DNA of 64,000 nt from Squalus acanthias (lineage: Eukaryota): positions 74,462,001-74,526,000 of the forward strand of contig CM059430.1 of assembly GCA_030390025.1 (NCBI GenBank), given 5' to 3'. Under the pieces are notes generated by a model, which worked only from the letters and a program-made list of their open reading frames with translations, was not told the origin of the DNA and did no database searches. The stretch's first letter is position 1, and each line of letters starts with the position of its first letter. This document shows positions 58,508 through 64,000 of this stretch, piece by piece. The translations under genes and the position numbers were made by a program.

Positions 58508-60049
58508 AGAAAATGTGTTTCCCTCAGCCAGAAGGAAACTGGATCTCCACAGATCACCGTTACTATTTTGATTTCTTTCAGCAGTCATTTAGCCAACACC
58601 GATGTATTGTTCCCCTTGGGACCGCGTGGCAATAGGACTCAATGTGATCGAGAAATCTAAAGGACCAAAGCTAATGTAACTACTTTCTCAGGTACGGATC
58701 ATTACCGCCCTTAAGAGAGTTGTGGTTACTCCAGCCATCTAGCGTCACTATACCCGCTGTGTGATTCGAATTGGTCTATTTCCTTATGCGAAAATAGCAT
58801 TGCCCTTCTGATGTCATATCTGCCATTAATAGATCCATCTATGCGTCACCGAAATTGGATGATCACGTTCGGTTGCAATGTACTCTCAGCTCCTGGGCAA
58901 TGACATAATTGCTGAAAATTCTTCAATAACCTGCTGTGGGTCATTCCCTCTTGTAGCAGCTGCCAATTCTCTGCCCCAACTACTTGCGCCCAAAACACTG
59001 ATTGTTTAAAGGCGGAAGACCGAACATTTGGAAGCAGATTATCAGTCAGCGTTAGGGGCACACGCATGGTGAATGCACGTAAACTGCACTTTTCTTTATG
59101 TAATGTTGCACTGGAAATGCAAGTCACAGCATGGATCAACGAAGGCCAGGATTCAGATGGAAACATTACTGCCCTGATTTTGTTGTGGTAATGACGGCGA
59201 AACTCCCACCGTATGCCGGCATTACTCCTCTGAAAGTGACAGCAACTTCTGGAATCAGCGTATGCGCAATAAACGCTGAAATCGAGAAGTTGCTGTAAGT
59301 TATTCTTTGCTCCTCGACAGTTTCCGCTGTGGAACTCCCCAGAGAGTGAAATCAAATCAATTCACAGTTCCTGGCGAAATGCTCCTCTATTATGCTGCAA
59401 TATTGCTGTTAACCAACCCCACAATAACCCCCCTCCCCAAAAAATGTTAAGCCTTGATGAAAAAGGTGTAACTGGTTTTTTACCAGCCTTTTGACTGCTG
59501 AACAACCGTTCTTGCCCTGAAAAACTACTTTTATACTTGTGGAATGTCTTTTTTCCATCAATATGATATGAATTACAAGAATGTTAACTTAATATATTTT
59601 CAAAGTTTTTGTTGATGATATTTCAGCTTTTACTTTCATCCTCGTTGCAGTTGACAATCTTGATTCTTCGGTCTGTAAAATTTATATATAGTAAGTTAGA
59701 ATCTGTGCATTTTACTTCCTGGTTTGGTGTCTGTGAGAATTCTTCAATCTGATTGGCTGCTTAGCCTGCTTGATGCCATCACTATTGCTGGACGCCGGAG
59801 ATCCGTTTGGTTTGGCGCCAGATTCAAACAACAGTCTGGAGAACTGAAATTCACGCCACAGTGATCGGTAGAAATTTGTGGGCAGCTTTTTTCGAGTTCA
59901 GCGGTGAGTGCTGTCACTTCGGCGCTGACCGCAAATTCCAGGCCGTATACATTTGGTTTTGTCTTTAGCACACATACTTATCCACATTTTGTTCATTTTG
60001 ATTGTTAAAAATAAATGGCATAAAGAAGGTATTCGAAAAACTATAATAA

Positions 60050-61385
60050 GAAGAAAAGAAAATAAGAACTATGAGCAGGAGTAACCCAAATGACCCATCG
60101 AGCCAGTTCCACCATTCCATAAGAGCATGGCTGAATATCTACATCAACTACACCTCCCACCCTAATCCCATATCATATGAATCCCTTAATAGCCAAAAAT
60201 TATCTATCTCTGTCTTGAATATACTCATAGACTGAGCATCCATAGCCCTTCGGGGTACAGAATTTAAAAAGATTCATATTGCTCTGAATGAAGAAATTTC
60301 TGCTCATCTCAGTCCTAAATGACCGACCAATAATCCGGAAACTCTAATCCATAGTTTTCGAATCTCCAGGCAGGGTAAACAGCCTCTCAACATCTACACT
60401 GTCAAGCCTTCTAAGAATGTTATACTTTTCAAAGAAATCACCTCTTATTCTTCAAACTCCAGAGAATGTAATCCCATTCCATGCAATCTCTCCTCGTAGC
60501 TCCGCCCTCTCTTCCCAGGAACCAATTTAGTGAGCCTTCGTTGCACTCACTCGAAGGCAAGTAAATCCTTCCTATGGTAAGGAGACTAAAACCATACACA
60601 GTACTCCAGGTGTGGTCTCACCAAAGCCCTATGTAATTTAAGCAAGACGTCTTTACTCATATACTCCAACTCACTTGCAATTATGACTAACAGTCCATTT
60701 GCCTTCCTAAATGCTTGTACCTGCATGTTAACTTTCTGTGATCCATATACAAGGACCCTCAAATCACTCTGAACACCAACATTTAAATGTCTCTCACCTT
60801 TTAAAAAAAAATGCTTTTCCATTCTTCTACCCAATGTGGATAATGTCACACTTCTCATATTATACTTCATCTGCCACCTTCTTGCCCAATCACTTAACAA
60901 GTCTACCTTCCTTTGCAGCCTGTTTGCGTCCTCCTCACAGCTTACCGTAATTTGTATCGTCAGCAAATATGAATATATTAAACTTGGACCTCTCACGTAA
61001 GTAATTGATAAAGATTGTAAATGGAAAAGGCCTAAGCACTAATATGTGTGGCACTCCAGTACTTACACGTTGCCATCCCAGAAATTACCGTTTATTTCTA
61101 CATTCTGTTTTCTATCTGTTAACCAATCCTCACTCCATGCTAATATATTACCCCCAATTCCAAGAGACCTAATCCTTTGTAAACAACTTCTTGAATTGCA
61201 GCGTATCGAATGCTTTCTGAAAATCCAAACATAATACAACCACTGGTTACCCCTTATCTACCCTGCTAGTGAACCCCTCAAAAACTATAATAGATTTGTA
61301 AAAGACGATTTCGCTTTCATAAAACCGTGTTGACTCTGCCTAATCATTTTGTGATTTTCCAAGTACCCTGTTACCAAGTCATTAT
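60050..61385 (-). mobile_element. CR1 LINE fragment (paralog of 16840-18185)
   Basis: ORF 60586-60996 LQRKVDLLSDWARRWQM..ALVRPHLEYCVWF; same flanks as copy 1. Confidence 0.85.
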
Positions 61386-63434
61386 TAATCATTCACCTCA
61401 ATTGTTGGCGTTCGAGCTCCTGAAATCAAAGTCAAAACATATCTACAAATAGAAGTCAAATATATAATTCGAGAACATTGGTAGATTAGATTGGTGTGCT
61501 TTCCTGAACAACAATGTGTGGACAATTAAATTGCATTATTCTGAACAATACGAGAGATTTCGTCATGTAAATTACATTTTAATTTGAAGCCATTTTACAC
61601 AGACACCATTTTGGCAAAATATTCATCGCTATATGAATATAAGTTATTGCTCAGACATATTTTAGCATATTTACTACAAATGTAAACCGAATTATTTCTG
61701 ATCTCTAAATTTCGTCTCCACTTCTCTCAAGAATAATTTAAATTTCCATTGTTAAGAAACTTCACGGGGCATGCATTTAATATATTGTTTCAGGCATCGT
61801 GCTTACCGATCATATAAATGACATCAGATGAAGCGTTGTTGACTCTATGAAACGTTAAACAGTGTGATGTCTTAAACTCTAATTCATCGAAAGACAACAA
61901 ATACATCTTTTCCAAAAAATTACACAAGTATAATGGCAGCGAAGATCGTTAAAAGAACAAATTGCATTAATGCAGGACGCTCAGGAATTTTTATCTAATT
62001 CAAGAAATGAAATGTTAGCTTAGCTGAATGAAAATAAAAAACAGATATGTTGAGGTCGGGCAAAGGTGCAGGCGAATGTTACGGTATTCGAATATTTTTG
62101 AGCACAGATGGCATGAGTAAGCCAGGAAGATAGTGAATTCCGAAGGGAAGACATGCTGTGCTTAAAACTGCTATCCTCAGTTGTGGATCGGAGGAGGAGA
62201 TAACAAGGAGAAACCTGATATCAGAGTAACGGTTTTTTGTGGGATGTATGGTTGGAGGAGTTCACTAAAGTAGAGTGGGACGTGACCAGGGAAGGATTTC
62301 TGGATGAGGATGTTGATGTTGGGACCCAGGGAAACTCTGGAACTCGAAAATGATGGAATTCGGGAATAAGAACATTTTGTGGGCGAGAGTACGGATTCCA
62401 ATGTTCTGACCGATGTGATTTTGATGGAGAGTGGAACCTGAGTTACGAGTGGTGATGTTTTGCGATATCGAACTGCGATATTTGATAGGCATGCGACAGC
62501 CTCGAGTTAGGGTGTGGGAGAGGTAACAGTAGAGAGGAGATCTCCTGCGGGAGTACATGAAGAGGGTGCTGAATGGAGGACGAAGCTGTTGAGGGGATCC
62601 ACTTAAGTCGTCTTGATATCACAATAGATGTGAGGGATGAGGCTTAGCTTACTTCGCAGTTAAACTACAAACTCAGACATTCCAGATGATGATTCATACT
62701 CGGACAGAATCTGGAGCAGTTACTGGATTCAAGCACCAGAAGAAGAAATAATATTTTGCTGACATTAATGCAGAAACTTCTGTCTCACGAGGGACTGAAT
62801 ATTAGAAATGGGAAGATCAGGCTTTGGCGCAATATGCTCTTTGGCGAAGTAAGCTGGGTGTCGAGTGTGTATCTGATCCCGATCCTCTCCTGCTGGATCA
62901 TTATGCAATGAGATCGCAAATCAAAAATGTTCAGGTGGGGAATTATGGATGGAACACTGCGCTAATCTCTAAATGATTGTATGGGCAGAGGGCGAAAAGG
63001 CATTGGAATCGATCGACTAATAATATTTGCATAAAAAACTGCAAGTTCTGAACACAAGCAAAGAAAAATAATCAACAGTTAAGTCACGAACCAGTCAGCA
63101 ACTGTGGAGAGAAGAGTTAGATTAACAATTGGGACTTGGTTCCTCTTGTGAATGCAAGAATGAAACATAAGCATTTTCATTAAACGCGGAAAAAAGTGAG
63201 TGGGTGGGCGGGGAGAAATAAACAAAGGGAGGAACTAGTGTTGGCAAGATAGTGTTGCAAGATATTGGCGAGGAAATAGAATGAAATATTAAGAAATTAA
63301 AGTAAATAAACAAACAAATAACTCGTGATCATTTGATGCAGTAGATGCCTTCCCAAGTCGAAAAACGCGAAAGCAGGAGAAAGGGAAATACAAATAAGGA
63401 GATTCTGCACTTGTTTAACGGTCTTCCCTGCTGC

Positions 63435-63801
63435 TTATATTGGGCTTGTATCTTTGTGGTTAGGATTCGACGTTGTCTTGGAACCAGTCAAATTTAGAGC
63501 AGCGTAAGTCAGTTTGCTTTCACCGGCGCTCTGTTTGGTCTGTAGAAAAAAATATTGAAAATATTTTTTTTTAATTTTTCCTCAATAAAGCTAAATCAAA
63601 ATTACGTTATATTAATGTTCAGTATCATCGCAAAACCAAACTCATTCTGAGTGACATGATTATTGTTTCCCCGTATGAACTGAGCTTTACCTCTGCATAA
63701 ACTGTTCTTCCTTCGTGTTGTTTACATTTTTCACCTTCCTTGGAACCGATCAGGTCCAGAGCAGCGTATGTCAGCTTGTCCTCAGCTGGATCTCGTTCGT
63801 T
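63435..63801 (-). CDS. Last two exons (63801-63691, 63539-63435) of a second SIRP-like receptor paralog; the rest lies beyond the window
   Basis: NERDPAEDKLTYAALDLIGSKEGEKCKQHEGRTVYAE | TKQSAGESKLTYAALNLTGSKTTSNPNHKDTSPI*; splice sites conserved. Confidence 0.85.
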
Positions 63802-64000
63802 CTATAAAGTCAACATTTAGCAATCATTAAGTTACTTTTTCTGAAGTTTCACGAGCCAAGACATCATTACATATAACAAACAATTGAGGCAGCATAGTCG
63901 CATTGTCATTGTTATTCGTTCCACGGAATCTTAATAGTTTACTATCTCTTTCTGCGATCTACAGCTAGCCAGGGAACAATAATGAAAACCTTTTGGATTT

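Larger units (their letters stand above)
35738..64000 (+). repeat. Second unit of a tandem segmental duplication (paralog of ~66-21140)
   Basis: Colinear direct homology, e.g. gggaaactggaggacctca at ~68 and ~35736; 15905 vs 59101; exons 20829-20939 vs 63691-63801. Shared old TEs occupy the same positions. Confidence 0.95.

Overview
Eukaryotic genomic DNA, most likely from a cartilaginous fish (inferred from shark-type CR1/HER1 LINE tails, DeuSINE/SacSINE1-like SINEs and Penelope-type elements). The window covers about 1.5 units of a diverged tandem segmental duplication: 1-~21.1 kb is repeated at ~35.7-64 kb, with the offset growing from ~35.7 to ~42.9 kb because of copy-specific insertions. 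Each unit carries a minus-strand immunoglobulin-superfamily receptor gene with leader, V, C1, transmembrane and a cytoplasmic tail with up to four SIRPalpha-like tyrosine motifs. The first gene is complete (28521-20552); only the last two exons of the second are in the window. In the first gene a CR1 LINE has split the transmembrane exon, and the LINE's antisense strand offers an in-frame splice acceptor that could rescue it. The V domain lacks its second canonical Cys, and the paralog has lost its last tyrosine motif. Each unit also contains a decayed, coding-like segment that may be an endogenous negative-strand RNA virus (nucleoprotein-like plus glycoprotein-like), and a decayed A-clade R2 retrotransposon with no rDNA flanks. 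The R2 relics host nested insertions: two PIF/Harbinger families (one 4.2-kb copy apparently intact), MITEs, a Penelope-like element with a hammerhead motif and CR1 LINEs. Many repeat boundaries are approximate; exon boundaries and TIR/TSD junctions were read base by base.
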